From: an uncultured virus (IMG/VR IMGVR_UViG_3300025446_000005)
Lineage: Duplodnaviria; Heunggongvirae; Uroviricota; Caudoviricetes
Strand: one strand, 5' to 3'
DNA length: 64,000 nucleotides
IMG/VR virus record: IMGVR_UViG_3300025446_000005
Position 1 is the stretch's first letter, and every line of letters begins with the position of its first letter. Shown piece by piece: positions 1 through 11,600 of the stretch. The notes beneath the pieces were generated by a model, which did not search any database, was not told the DNA's origin, and worked only from the letters and a program-made list of their open reading frames with translations. A program made the position numbers and the translations under genes.

Positions 1-1320
1 TTCCTGGTCGGCGGGTGCGTCCGGGACCTGCTCCTGGGCAAGGAGCCCAAGGACTACGACGTGACCACCAACGCCCGGCCCGAGCAGGTCATGGAGCTAT
101 TCGTCAACGAGGCCGAGGTCCCGTCGCCGGAAGTCAGCGACAAGTCCCATGGGCCCTTCAAGCCCTTCAAGCCCTTCGGGGACCACGACGTGAAGACCAT
201 ACCGGTGGGGGCGGCATTCGGGGTCGTCACCGTGGCAATCGACGGCATACCGACCGAGGTGGCGACCTACAGGGCGGACGGGGACTACGCCGATGGCCGC
301 CATCCCAACGTGGTGTTCTACGCCGACAGCGCCAGGGAAGACGTGTCCCGCAGGGACTTCACCATCAACGGGCTGCTGTCCCTCGGGGAGATTTTTCCTC
401 CTTCCCCGGCCAGGGAAGGAATGGTAGGACTGGCGGCCGCAGGAGGCAAGCGCTACCACATCCGGGACCACGTAGGCGGGCTCGACGACCTCAAGGGCAA
501 GATCATCCGCTGCATCGGCGACCCGGACAAGCGCTTCGGGGAGGACGCCCTGCGGATGCTGAGGGCGTGCCGGTTCGCCGCCCAGCTCGGGTTCGAGGTC
601 GAGGAAGGCACGAAGGAGGCCATCAGGAGGAACGCGCCCACCATCGGGAAGGTGTCGACGGAGCGGATCGCGGCGGAGCTCCTGAGGCTGGTGTCCAGCC
701 CCCATCCCATGAAGGGCCTCGTCCCCCTCATCGCCACGGGGCTCGTGGACCACATCCCCCTGCTCGACAAGGTAATCTACGGGGCGGGGCTGTCGCTGAT
801 CTTCCGCCATTTCCATGCCCACCCGACCGACGATCCCGCCACGGGGATGGCAATCATCACGCGGACGGCAAGCGGGGAGGACGTCGTCTACCTGCTGCGA
901 GGGCTCAAGCTGTCCAACGATTTGCAGGACGAGATCAACGGCATCAAGCTCGTGCGAAGCACGGTGAGGGGGACGTACGACATCGACGACCCCCCGTACT
1001 TCAAGCGGCTGATGCGGACGCCCGGTGCCGCCAAGGCAATCACCCTGCTGGAACAGGACATCGAAATGGGGGACGAGCACCTCAAGGACAAGGTCGCGTA
1101 CCTGAAATCGCTGAAGCCCGAGGACATCAACCCCCCGAGGCTCGTTACGGGGGACGACCTCCTGGCCATGGGGATGGCGGCGGGCCCCGGGTTCGGCGTC
1201 ATCCTGCGCGCCATCGAGGAGGGGCAGCTCGCCGGGACGCTGAAGGGACGGGACGAGGCCCTCGAACATGCCAGGAAAATGGCATCGAAGGACGAAGCGA
1301 AGGAAGGCAAGGAGGCATGA
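1..1320 (+). CDS. CCA-adding enzyme / poly(A) polymerase family tRNA nucleotidyltransferase, 5'-truncated by the window edge
   Basis: Frame open from base 1: FLVGGCVRDLLLGKEPKDYDVTT (GGxVRD, DxD), then RRDFTINGL, EDALRMLRACRF, STERIAAEL and a C-terminal LVTGDDLLAMG..GP.FG.IL motif typical of class II nucleotidyltransferases. Confidence 0.92.
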   Translation, partial: FLVGGCVRDLLLGKEPKDYDVTTNARPEQVMELFVNEAEVPSPEVSDKSHGPFKPFKPFGDHDVKTIPVGAAFGVVTVAIDGIPTEVATYRADGDYADGRHPNVVFYADSAREDVSRRDFTINGLLSLGEIFPPSPAREGMVGLAAAGGKRYHIRDHVGGLDDLKGKIIRCIGDPDKRFGEDALRMLRACRFAAQLGFEVEEGTKEAIRRNAPTIGKVSTERIAAELLRLVSSPHPMKGLVPLIATGLVDHIPLLDKVIYGAGLSLIFRHFHAHPTDDPATGMAIITRTASGEDVVYLLRGLKLSNDLQDEINGIKLVRSTVRGTYDIDDPPYFKRLMRTPGAAKAITLLEQDIEMGDEHLKDKVAYLKSLKPEDINPPRLVTGDDLLAMGMAAGPGFGVILRAIEEGQLAGTLKGRDEALEHARKMASKDEAKEGKEA

Positions 1321-1661
1321 TGAGATTCGACATTAACGCCCGCACGGTAGTATGGGTCGGGGCGAGCATACAGAAGGATTCCGTCGTCATCTTCTATGAC
1401 AGCCCGCCGTCTTCCTGGTACGATGGCCCCGCACCAGCGGCAGAGGGATGCGGGGAGGAAGAGGACTGCGCGACGAAGACCAGCGTGGAAGGGCTGCCGA
1501 AGCCGGAGCCCAAAAACTACTGGCTGGACGAGCTGGACTACGACGTCCACGCCATCACCGTTTCCCGCAAGGCGGCAGCCAGAAGGTTCAGCCCGCTGCC
1601 GTCCCACGGGACGCTGGAGATCGTGGAGTTCGAGCTCAAGAAAAGGGGAAGGCGCATATAG
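1317..1661 (+). CDS. hypothetical protein
   Basis: ATGA overlap with the upstream gene, preceded by AAGGAGG; C-terminal part of track ORF 15..1661 (MMRFDINARTVV...). Confidence 0.6.
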   Translation: MMRFDINARTVVWVGASIQKDSVVIFYDSPPSSWYDGPAPAAEGCGEEEDCATKTSVEGLPKPEPKNYWLDELDYDVHAITVSRKAAARRFSPLPSHGTLEIVEFELKKRGRRI

Positions 1662-1682
1662 GCACAAGCCTGAGGAGGGGCC

Positions 1683-1880
1683 ATGCCCAACAAATCCAAG
1701 AAGCGGATGAAGCCCCGCCCGGCATGCTGGCCGGGGGAGAGCCTCAACTTCCGCATGTGGAGGGAGGGGAACAAAGCCACCGTCATATGCGAGAAGTGCA
1801 GGGGCATACTGCTCGTCCTTACCGGGCAGGCGGCGGACGTCCTGTCCCTCATGAAGGAGCACAGATGCAGGCAAAAATAG
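1683..1880 (+). CDS. small hypothetical protein with CxxC
   Basis: GAGGAGG RBS, 65 aa, ICEKCRG. Confidence 0.55.
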   Translation: MPNKSKKRMKPRPACWPGESLNFRMWREGNKATVICEKCRGILLVLTGQAADVLSLMKEHRCRQK

Positions 1881-2251
1881 GAAGGCCCCTCAGGAAGGCG
1901 ACGGGGGTGGCGGCTGCGGCGATCCTGTGGCCCTATCCCGAGGCCGCGGCGGGGCTGTTCCTCCTGTGGCTGTTCTGGGACAGCCTCGACAGGATGGCCC
2001 GCAGGACGTATGCGGACTACCACGTGAGGAAGGCCAGGAAGGCCCTCAGGGAGGACCTCCACACCAGGGTGGAGCCGTGCATCATCCCCATCATGAACGA
2101 AAGGATCAGGGCGGAAAGGGAAAAGAAGGAAAGAAGCAGGCAAAGACGGGAGCGCCTGCGGTGCTTCGCGAAGGCGCTGGCGGACAACGTCCTTGCGCCC
2201 TTCCGGGCGAACGTCGGCACATGGAGGAAGACCGATGAGGAAGGCGGATGA
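1865..2251 (+). CDS. hypothetical membrane protein
   Basis: AAGGAG then ATG at 1865; hydrophobic N-terminal stretch followed by a charged helical region. Confidence 0.5.
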   Translation: MQAKIGRPLRKATGVAAAAILWPYPEAAAGLFLLWLFWDSLDRMARRTYADYHVRKARKALREDLHTRVEPCIIPIMNERIRAEREKKERSRQRRERLRCFAKALADNVLAPFRANVGTWRKTDEEGG

Positions 2252-2369
2252 GGTCTGCACGAAGTACGCCCTCTGGGCGACCTCCAGCCCGCTGAACTAC
2301 GTCCTCGGGTTCGTCGTCCCCCTGGCGGCATTGGTGATCGGCTTGGTGTTCCTGGCAATGCAAGCATGA
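2235..2369 (+). CDS. small membrane protein (44 aa)
   Basis: GGAGG upstream; MRKADEVCTKYALWATSSPLNYVLGFVVPLAALVIGLVFLAMQA; below the ORF-track size cutoff. Confidence 0.45.
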   Translation: MRKADEVCTKYALWATSSPLNYVLGFVVPLAALVIGLVFLAMQA

Positions 2370-2381
2370 CCGGAGGAAAAA

Positions 2382-2621
2382 ATGAAGATGCACGTCCTTT
2401 CGATGCTGTTCGTCGTCCTGGCAGTGGGATTCCTGGACTTCTGCCTGCTTGCCGGGGCCATCGTGTTCAATCCCCCCCAGCTTTCCCTGATTTGGCTCTA
2501 TCCCCTGATGTCCCTCGTATTCTTGTTCATCAACGTCCGCGACGCCAGGCTGATCCGGGAAAGGCACAAGAGGGAACGGGGATTCGGGCCGAGGGCATGG
2601 GACAATCCGGGGCAGCCATGA
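2382..2621 (+). CDS. small two-TM membrane protein
   Basis: GGAGGA RBS, two hydrophobic segments and a basic C-terminus. Confidence 0.55.
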   Translation: MKMHVLSMLFVVLAVGFLDFCLLAGAIVFNPPQLSLIWLYPLMSLVFLFINVRDARLIRERHKRERGFGPRAWDNPGQP

Positions 2622-2697
2622 ACATGCCGACGACCAAGGGTCCGATGTGGGTCATATCCCAGGATCGGGTGCAGCTCTGGAACGGGGACGTGAAGTT

Positions 2698-5600
2698 CTA
2701 CGACGTGCCCAATCCCTGCAAGTTCGACCTGCCGAACAGGCCCCTGCTGCCCGAGGAGGCGGAAGGGGGGCCCGACGTTTTTTTGCCTGCCTGTAAGGGC
2801 TCCACGTCCCTGTCGTACACGTTGTAGTCCGTCCCGCCCTTCCGCCACGTCACGGTCAGCAGCCTTTCGGCACCGCCGTGGAACTCCCTGCTCTGCTCCG
2901 GCGTCAGCCTGCGGACGGCCTTGACGACGCCCCTCATGCCGTCAGCCTTCCGGACCACCTCGCTCCCCATGTCCCCCGGCCTGGCCAGCGACGGGTCCGC
3001 CAAATAAATGCGGGACGGGTCGAACACCGCCACCTGGTCGCCATCCAGGAGGCGTCGGATGCCCATCCCCTTGTACCACACGGCGTCGAACCTGGACTTG
3101 AGGCTGTCGGTCAGCATCTTGGTCGCCGCCACCCGGTCGACCCTGGCGACCTCCGGGCTGTACCCGTTCTTGATCCACCACTTCATCATGGTGTTGGGGG
3201 AGCCGAAGTTGATGGTCTCCAGCCTCGGGACGTCGAGGTAGTAGGACCTGAGCCCCCTGGTGGTGCCGCCGTTGAACGCCTTGGCGATGGCCTTGCTGGT
3301 CGTGAAGTAGATGCCATACCCAAGGTGGTGGACCGGGGCTGGGAGCCCGAGGGCATAGTCCGTCTTCCCCTCGTACCCATGCTGGATTTCCGCCGAGTTG
3401 GCCTCCCCCTCGAAGACCTTGAACCCCTCCCTGTCGATGCCCGCGGCGGCCTGCGGGGTGGTCCCGTGCCATACCGGCCCGAACATGCCGCGGTCGACGG
3501 CATCCTGCGGGGAGACGGTGCGGTCGGCGGGGAAGGCGAGCTTGGTTGCCGACCCCGTGATCCCCCCCATCGGGCTCCTGACCCATTCGGCGGCGCGCTC
3601 CACAGTGGCGTCCCTTATCGTCCCCCTGCCGTACAGCGTCACCTCTACGATCGCGCCGGCCGGCAGCCTGGCCAGCGCCAGCTCCACCGTCTTGCGGGCC
3701 TTGGCGTACGCCTCCATCTCCCACTTGTCGTTCTTCCCCCAGACCTTCCTGACCGCCACGTGGCCCTTCTCCAGGGCCGCCCCCATCGTCGCCTCCTGGT
3801 CCAGGTAGCCGAGCCCCTCGTCCTTCCAGACCGGCCCCACAAGGCCGAAGTCCACCGCCGAGTCCCCGTGCCCAGCCTCCGCCATCTGGCGGTCGTCGTA
3901 CTCGTGCCAGCGCCCCCCGGCCTCCAGCCAGCCGCTCCTCTGGAACGGGGCAAGCTTGGGACGCCTTGCCGCGGCCGTCTTCTCGGGCCCCCACACGCTC
4001 TCGTAGGCGTCCTTGAGCGGCACCGGGAGGCTGCGGCGGGAGGGGCTCTCCATCTCCCTCGGGTAGTTCCGCTCCATGAACCTGACGAGGTCGTCCCCGA
4101 CGAGCGTGATGTCCGCCGCAACGTCCTCCTCGGAGAAGTAGTCCCCCGGCTCCAGGCCAAAGGGGAGGTCGTAGTCGACGTTCCTCTCCCCGCGCAGGCT
4201 CTGGACCTCCGGCCCGGCGTGCCTGTCCTCCCCGAGGTACCGCTGTATGGGCCCGTCCAGGTCCGCCACCACGATGGTGAGCTGCCCGTGCCTCCTGATG
4301 TCGTCCGGGGTGGGGTCGTGCCCCACCGCCCTGCGAACCTTCGACCTGATCCAGCGGGGCATCTCGTCGAAGTACGCCGCCCCCCCTCGGTCCTTGATTT
4401 CCTGTATGGCATCCTCGCTATCCGTCGCCCCCTGCAGGCACTCCTCCACCCACTTGCCCATCTGGGCCCGTACACCCTGTTCGACGATGGAGGCGTCCTC
4501 GTCGGCGGTCCCGGCATGGAACAGGACCATCTGGCTGCCGGGGTCCACGGACCTGATGATGCGCTCCGCCTCCTGCCAGGTGCCGGAGGCTAGCTTGAGG
4601 AAGGGCCCGCCATGCTGTGTCGCCGTTTTCCCTTCTTCCTCGTCGAGGGCCTCAAGGCATTCCCTCGATGCCAACAGGATGTCGTCCCCGTCCGGGTAGT
4701 TGTCGGGGATGATCCAGCCGGGCATGCTGGAGTTCCGCATCGCGTCGACGATGTCCTCGGAACCGTATGCCTCCATGTTGACGCCAATCATCTCGCAGAA
4801 CTTTTCCATTTCCTCCTTGCCGTCGATGCGGGGGAGTCTGATGGGACAGATGACCTTGTACCGGAGGACCTTGCCGCTTTCCTCCCCGCCGTGCCAGTCC
4901 TGGAAGTGCTCGGCGACGGACTCCGACGTGCTGAACCAAGCGGGCATCTCGATGCCGGACGGGTCGAACCTCTGCGAGGTGCCATGGTAGAGGACGGTGC
5001 CCCTGGGGAGGACCTGAGTCTTGCGCCAGCGCCGCCACCATTCGCCCGCCGCCGCCTTGCGCAGGGCGGACCCGTCGAACACGTAGACCGACTCGGGCTG
5101 GCCCCTCCCCTCGTCCAGCCACACGGCCTTGCATCCCCTTGCCTTGGCGTCCTGCACGGCGACGTCTATGGCGTCGGGGTCCCCGGCATACGGCGGCGCG
5201 GCGGGGTGGAATATGCCGTCCTTCCTCATCCTCGCCCGCCTGAGCTCCTCCGTCCTGCCGGTCTGCGTGAACTGGGCCGCCCACGCCTCGTCCGGGGACC
5301 AGTACCTCCCGCCCTTCTTGGACCCCCCACCCTCCCCCCTGAAAAGCAGGATGGTGCCGTCGTCCGCCGCCTTGCCGGGCTGGTGGGCCTGCTCCACCAC
5401 GAATTCCCCCCCGTACCTCTCCTTGAACTGGGCAAAGAAGTCGGGCGGTATTTCCCCGTAGTGGATCACCAGGACGGTGGGATTCTTCCAGTCGTCCCCC
5501 TTGTACTTCCTCCCGTCCCTCACCTCCACGACCGCCAGGATGCGGTTGGAGCCGGAGTAGCCTATGGGCTCCGTGATCCTGGCGGTATCGCGGTTGTATG

Positions 5601-8600
5601 CCTCGCCGGGGCGCAGCGGGCGGGCGAACTGGCGAAGCGCCCTGGTGATTTTCTCCACGGCGTCCCTGAAGGCCGCCTCGCCCTCCTCCGGCGAGGGGAT
5701 GAGCGCCTGGACGTCCGGTATGCTGTCGTACTCCACGTAGGGGAACGCCTTGTGGTAGGCGTGGCGCAGGTCGTAGGGCTTGGACCTCTTGGCCTCGTGG
5801 GCGGCGATGCGCAGGAGGGCGGCCTCCCATGCCTCCGGCAACAGGGCGCGCAGGCGCTCCTCCATGCCGGGGTGCAGGCTGCCCTTGTCCTCGCCCGGCA
5901 TCTTCCACTTGAATGCCAGGCCCCGGACGGCGTCCTCGACGTACTTCCGCCTCTCGGCGTCGGCGAACTCCTTCCACGACCCGTCCTTGCCCAGGAAGGT
6001 GGGGAGGGAATAGTAGGTGTTGTCGCTCAGGCGTCCCAGCGGATGGCTGAGGTAGAAGACCACGTCGTCCTCGTCCAGGTACATGGTGTTGGGCTGGAGC
6101 TCCATGCAGACGACGACCTCCCGCCCCTCCTCGTTGTGGTCCTTGGGGGCGCTGGCGGCGGTCATGAGGTTGCGGGCGACGTACGTCCCCCCGTAGCTCA
6201 CCCGGCTGACGCTCACGGCGCTGGCGGCGGCATCCTCCCCCCAGTTCCTCTCCTTCGGGTCGGGGATCAGCCCCTGCTTGAGGATGCTGCGCAAATTCTT
6301 GATGCTGCTGCCGTGGTACCAGACGGACTTGGGGGCGGCGAGCTTGGGCGGGATTGGCTTTTGGGTCGAGATTGCCTCGGCGACGGCCTTCGTATCGTAG
6401 AATTCCACCCCCGTTACCGCCGTCGCGGGAATCGTGCCCTCCAGGCTGCTCACGTCGGGGTTATGCCTGTCAAGGAATTGCACGCCCTTTGTCGGTCTGA
6501 ACAGGACTAGTGCAACCCGCTTAGAGTTCTCCTGCCGGGCCTTCCGCAGGCCCCATCCGAGGGCCACCCTCCTGTCGGTGCTGATATAAATATGCCCCCC
6601 GCCTGCACCGCCCGTATAATCTGCCTTCAGGGCCGGAGGAACCAATCCATCTTTCTCGATATCCTTTGCGGCAGCGGGCGTCGTCCCGTGATACCAGATG
6701 GACTCGGGAGCGGCGGTCTTGGAGGCGGTCATCCTCCTATCGGACGGGTCGAACCCCTTGCTGTCGACTGCCTTGATCTGATCGGGGCTGAAAACAACGT
6801 ACTCGACGTTGGACTTCCCCCATTGGTCTTTGACCCGGTTAATGATGCCGTCGTATCCCGCGCCCCTGATCCTCTCCGGATGGCGGGAGATGATCTGCTG
6901 CAGGCTCTTGCTTCCATCGGCGGAGCGGAGGTCCTTATAGATTCCCTCGACGCCCCATCCCAGCCTTTCCAATTCCTCCCTGGGACCAAGAAGGCCGGAA
7001 TCAAGGAGCGCCTGGGCATTCGCCTTCGTTTTGACCGTCAGGTCCAGCGGGTTCTCGATGCGCAGGTACACCTCGAACACATGCGGGTCGTAGCCGTCGA
7101 TGATGCGCTTCTGCCCGAGCATCGGGTCGTATTCCACGCGATAGGTGAACCGCTGGGCAAAGTTCTGGTCCGGAGTGAAGAAGAACCCCACCTTTGCGTC
7201 GGCGGCCTCGGTGTTCCTCCCCTGCATTCCGGGGTTGAACGCCTCGAAGGGCACCCGCTTGCGGTGTATGCCGCCCATGACCTCCTCGGGGATGACCCCG
7301 GGGTTCTGCTTGTCGAACCTCTCCATGGTATCGACCCATCCATCGAGGTGCTTGTCCACGTCCTCGTCGCCCGGATAGGCCTTGCCCATATGGTCGAAGG
7401 CTAGGCGCACCGCCTTCTTGAGGTCGTCCACCCACTCGGGGCGGTAGTTCTTCCCCCTGGGGCTACCGTGGTACATGACCATGGGGGTGCCGTCCGGGTT
7501 GACCACCTTGGACTTGCCGAACCAGGCCCTGAACTGGGGCGAGTCGGTTACGGCGACGGTGGTCTTGGATGCGGTCACGTGCTCGTACTTGGGCCTCTGC
7601 CACCTCGACGACCCCCTCAGCTTCCAGCCGGTGACGCGGACCGGGGCGTCGTGCCTGAGCGTCACCTCCTTCTCGTCGGAATGGCGGAGGTTCGCCCAGA
7701 CGGTGCTGGCCCAGTCGACGTCCTTGAGGGCCACCTCCCCCCGGAAGACGTAGGTCTTCAGGCCCCTGCTGTACTCCGTCCAGTCCTCCTTCTCCCATCC
7801 CCCCTCCTCGGCGAGGACGGAGTCGGCGTCGTAGGGGACGGCATGGCCTTCGTCCCACGTCCAGTAGATGCCGAACCCCCGCGTGTAGGGATAGCGGTCC
7901 GGCATCTTAACCGCACGGTAGACGACGAGGGGATCGGGAAGCCCGTTGCAGAACTCCCTGAACTCCTGGTACCTGCCGAGGTAGGCATCGCCGTACCAGC
8001 GCTCGTACTCCTCGGCAGCGGGAAGCTGGGAGGGCATCCCGACCCCCGCCATCAGGGAGTTGTACGACTCCTTCCCAGCGGCGGCCTTCCCGGTCGGCAG
8101 CCCCTGGTACGAGTCCACTGGGACGTACGCCAATATGGCCTTGTCCCCCCTGATCTTGCCTGCCGCCACGCGGTGGTTGCCGTCCCGTATTCTCCCGTCG
8201 CCATCCATCACTATGGGCGGAATGGGGGTTTCCATCCTTGCATACTTCTCCGCAAGGGATGGATCGTAGTCGTCCCCCGCTTCGAGCTTTTGCAGGGACA
8301 CCTCCTTGAGGACGTAGTCCCCCCCTGCATCCAGGCCGACCAACTGCTCGGCGTAGGTCCTGTCCTTCCACTCCGGGTGCTGGGACATGACGTAGTCGAC
8401 GACCGCCTGACCGCCGATCCTGTCCCCGGCCCGGGCGGCGACCCTGGTGCTCCCGCCCAGGTTTTCCAGCCATTCTATGGCAACCTCGGGGCCGTCGAAC
8501 TCCCGGTACATCTTGAGGTAGCCCCCCCATTCCAGGGTTATGGGGACGCCTGCGGGAGGGGGATGATCCCTCAGCAAGGAGATGACGTCCTGCTTCTGGC

Positions 8601-11600
8601 CGAGGTTCAGGACTTCCATGTAGATTTTCTCCCGGGCGGAGCACCCGCACCTGGAGAGCCAGTCTGTGGTCACCCTTATCGCCCCCTCCGCCGCCCACGC
8701 TTCGAGGCCGAGGCTCTTGGCCAGCAGCGGATGGGTGTCCAGCTCCTTGGTGAAGGGATGCAGGACGCCGCCGACCACGAGGCCTCCAGCCTTCCAGAAT
8801 TCCTCGTCGCCTGCGGGGATCGAAGGGTCGGCGGCCGTCTTGGAGGGGTCGAAATCGGGGTTGAAGACGACTTTCCCCTTTGGGTCCCTCACCCAGACGA
8901 CATTCTCGCCGCCCTTCGCCTCCCCTATGTACTCGAACAACTTCCTCAGGGTCACCCTCCCGCCCTGTACTAACCAGCCGGACAGGTCGCTGCGCTGGTG
9001 GACTATGTTCAGGATCTTGTCCACGACCTGGAGCTTCGCCTCCGCGGTCTTGGCGTCGTAGAGGTCGAGCGCCAGCGTAGTAAGCGGCCCAGTGGCGAAG
9101 TCGCTCAGCCTCCAGCTTCCCTCCTCGTCGTCGAAGAAGCTGGGAAGCAGGTCGAAGTACCCTTCCGGGACCTCATGGTCGAGGACCTCCGCCGCGAACT
9201 CCTCCGGGCTCCACGACGTGTGCCTGCACAGGATGGTGTTGACCTCGATCTTGAGGATGTTCTCCGTGACGATGTCGGCGATCTCGTCCATGCCCGCCTG
9301 GTCCCGGACGATCCCCGCCTTGGCGTAATCCTTCCATATCTTCATCAGCCTGGCGGCCGGGACGACCCTCCACCGCTGGCGGTAGTTCTTTTGGAACAAG
9401 TGCTTTTTGGTGGGGCGCTTGCCGGGCATGGCATAGTCGATGCCGTCCCCGACCACCTTCTTGTACTCGTCCAGGATTTCCCTGGCCACCTCGTCCCGCA
9501 GGTCGGCGTCGGCGTACATGGCGGCATCGGTAAAGGCCGCCTTGGAGGCGGATGCGGTGACATACTGGTAGGGCGGGGCCTTCCATCCGTCGCCTTCGAA
9601 CCTCGGATTGAACCATCTCGTAAGGCGTACCCTGGCCCCCCGCCTGAGCCGGATTTCCTTTTCCTCGGACGAGGTTACTATGGCGGTATACCCCCAGTCC
9701 ACGTCCTCCAGGGCGACCTCGCCCTGGAAGATGTGGCGGACGCCCTGCCGCTGGGCCGCCGGGCCATACGGCCTGGCCTTGTCGAAGTCCCACGTCCAGC
9801 ATACCCCGAAATCTTGGCGGCGGGGCAGGACGGACTCGGAGTCCAGCTTCAGCGCCCTGTAGACGACGAAAGGGTTGGGGAGCTTGAGGAAGAATTTGCG
9901 GGTTTCCAGGTACTCTTCCAATGCCTCGGGCGAAAGGTACTCGCGCATCACATCGACGTCGGGCAACTGGCTGGGGACCCTCACCCCCTCGAACAGGGAC
10001 ATCAGGTCGCCAGCGGCTTCTTTGGGTGTGCTGGCTGTGACCGCCATCCCCCCCGACAGCCGCGTCCACCTGCCCCCGCCGCGGGCCTTCCACCCGTCGA
10101 CCCTGACCCTGGCCCCCTCCTTCAGCCTGACCTCCTCCTCCTCGGGGATGACGGTGTTCAGATAGGCGGTGGGGACCCAGTCCACGTCGTCGGGCGACTC
10201 GATCACGCCGCGAAAGACGAAGACGTACTTGCCGACCAGGTCCTCGCCGATGTAGGAGCTATCCTCGGACAGCGACCAGTAGACGCCGAAGCCCCCCTTG
10301 TTGACCTCCTTGCCCCAGTCCGGGGAGTCGAAGGACAGGGCCCTGTATGCCGCCAGCGGGAACCTGAGCGCCCCGAGCCTTTCCCTGGCGGCCTCCCACT
10401 GCTCCGTGAGGATGCGGAGGGCCGTCTGGTCCTCGTCTTCCTTCCTTGTCTGGTTGCGTTGCGATACCGGAATCCTGCTGACGGCATCCTCCACCTTGCC
10501 CCAGTCCACCAGCTCGTGGGGCTCGACGTGCCCCCATTCCAGGACCTCGGCGACGGACGGGAAGCCGGTCGGCCCCGAGGCCTTCTTGGGGCCGCGCACC
10601 ACCGATAGCTGCATCGGGTCAACCTTGCCCCTGACCCTGGCCCCATGCCCGATGGCGAGGCTCTCGGCGAGCGTGTCGCCGACCTCGGCGTTCCCGTACA
10701 TCCGCTTGTTGCGGAGCTGGTCGGGGTCCGGGAGCAGGCGGCGGGCGGTGACGGTGACGGCATAGACGGCTATCGGGGTAGTGGGGCCGTAGGCCAGCTC
10801 CCCGAATGTCTTGGCATGCCCGGGGAACACGGACAGGTAGACGAAGCCCGGGGAGGACTGGATCGACTTCGCCCGTCCGGCGCTGGTCGGGAGGAGGCCC
10901 TCCTCCATCACGGGATGGCCGGCGTCGGTGCCGTGGTAGAGGGTCACGAACCGGTTGGCGTCGCTGCGGAGGAACTGCCCCAGCTCCTTAATCCTCCTGG
11001 GGGTCGGCATGCCGTAGAATACGTCGTGCCACCTGGGGTCGGAGGAGAAGTCCACCGCCCCCTCCCAGGCCGCCGTCTTCGCGGCGGCCTCCTTCTTCCT
11101 CTCCGAGTGCGGGTTCTCCACCAGCTCGAAGAAGTCCGCCGACCTGTCCGTCAGGGGGTCGTCGTAGGACCAGCCCTTGTCGCCGATGGCCTCCTTCTTG
11201 CCGAACGCCCTCTTCCAGCGCGAGAGCCACTTGCCCGCGTCCCACGGGCTGTCGAACCTCTTGTAGACCGAATGCCCGAGGCTGCGATCCTGTATGAGCT
11301 CGATGGCGACCTCCGCGTCGTGGTTGATGCTGTCCAGGGCCTCAAGGATGCGGTGGCGCGGGCCTGCGGCGTCCGTCGCCTCGAAGCTGAGATGGCGGGA
11401 GGTGCCTATGACCCTGACGAGCCCTTCGTCCACCGCTTCCTCCAGATTTTCATACCCCCACCGCTTGGCATCCTCGTTGTGGGCCGTGCTGTATACGAAT
11501 GACCCGTCGAGCTTTATCCATCCATTCGATATTTCCTGCAGGCCGCCCACCTTGGCCACGCTGGATGCCGTCCGGTCACGTTGCTGGGTCACTTTAGTAC

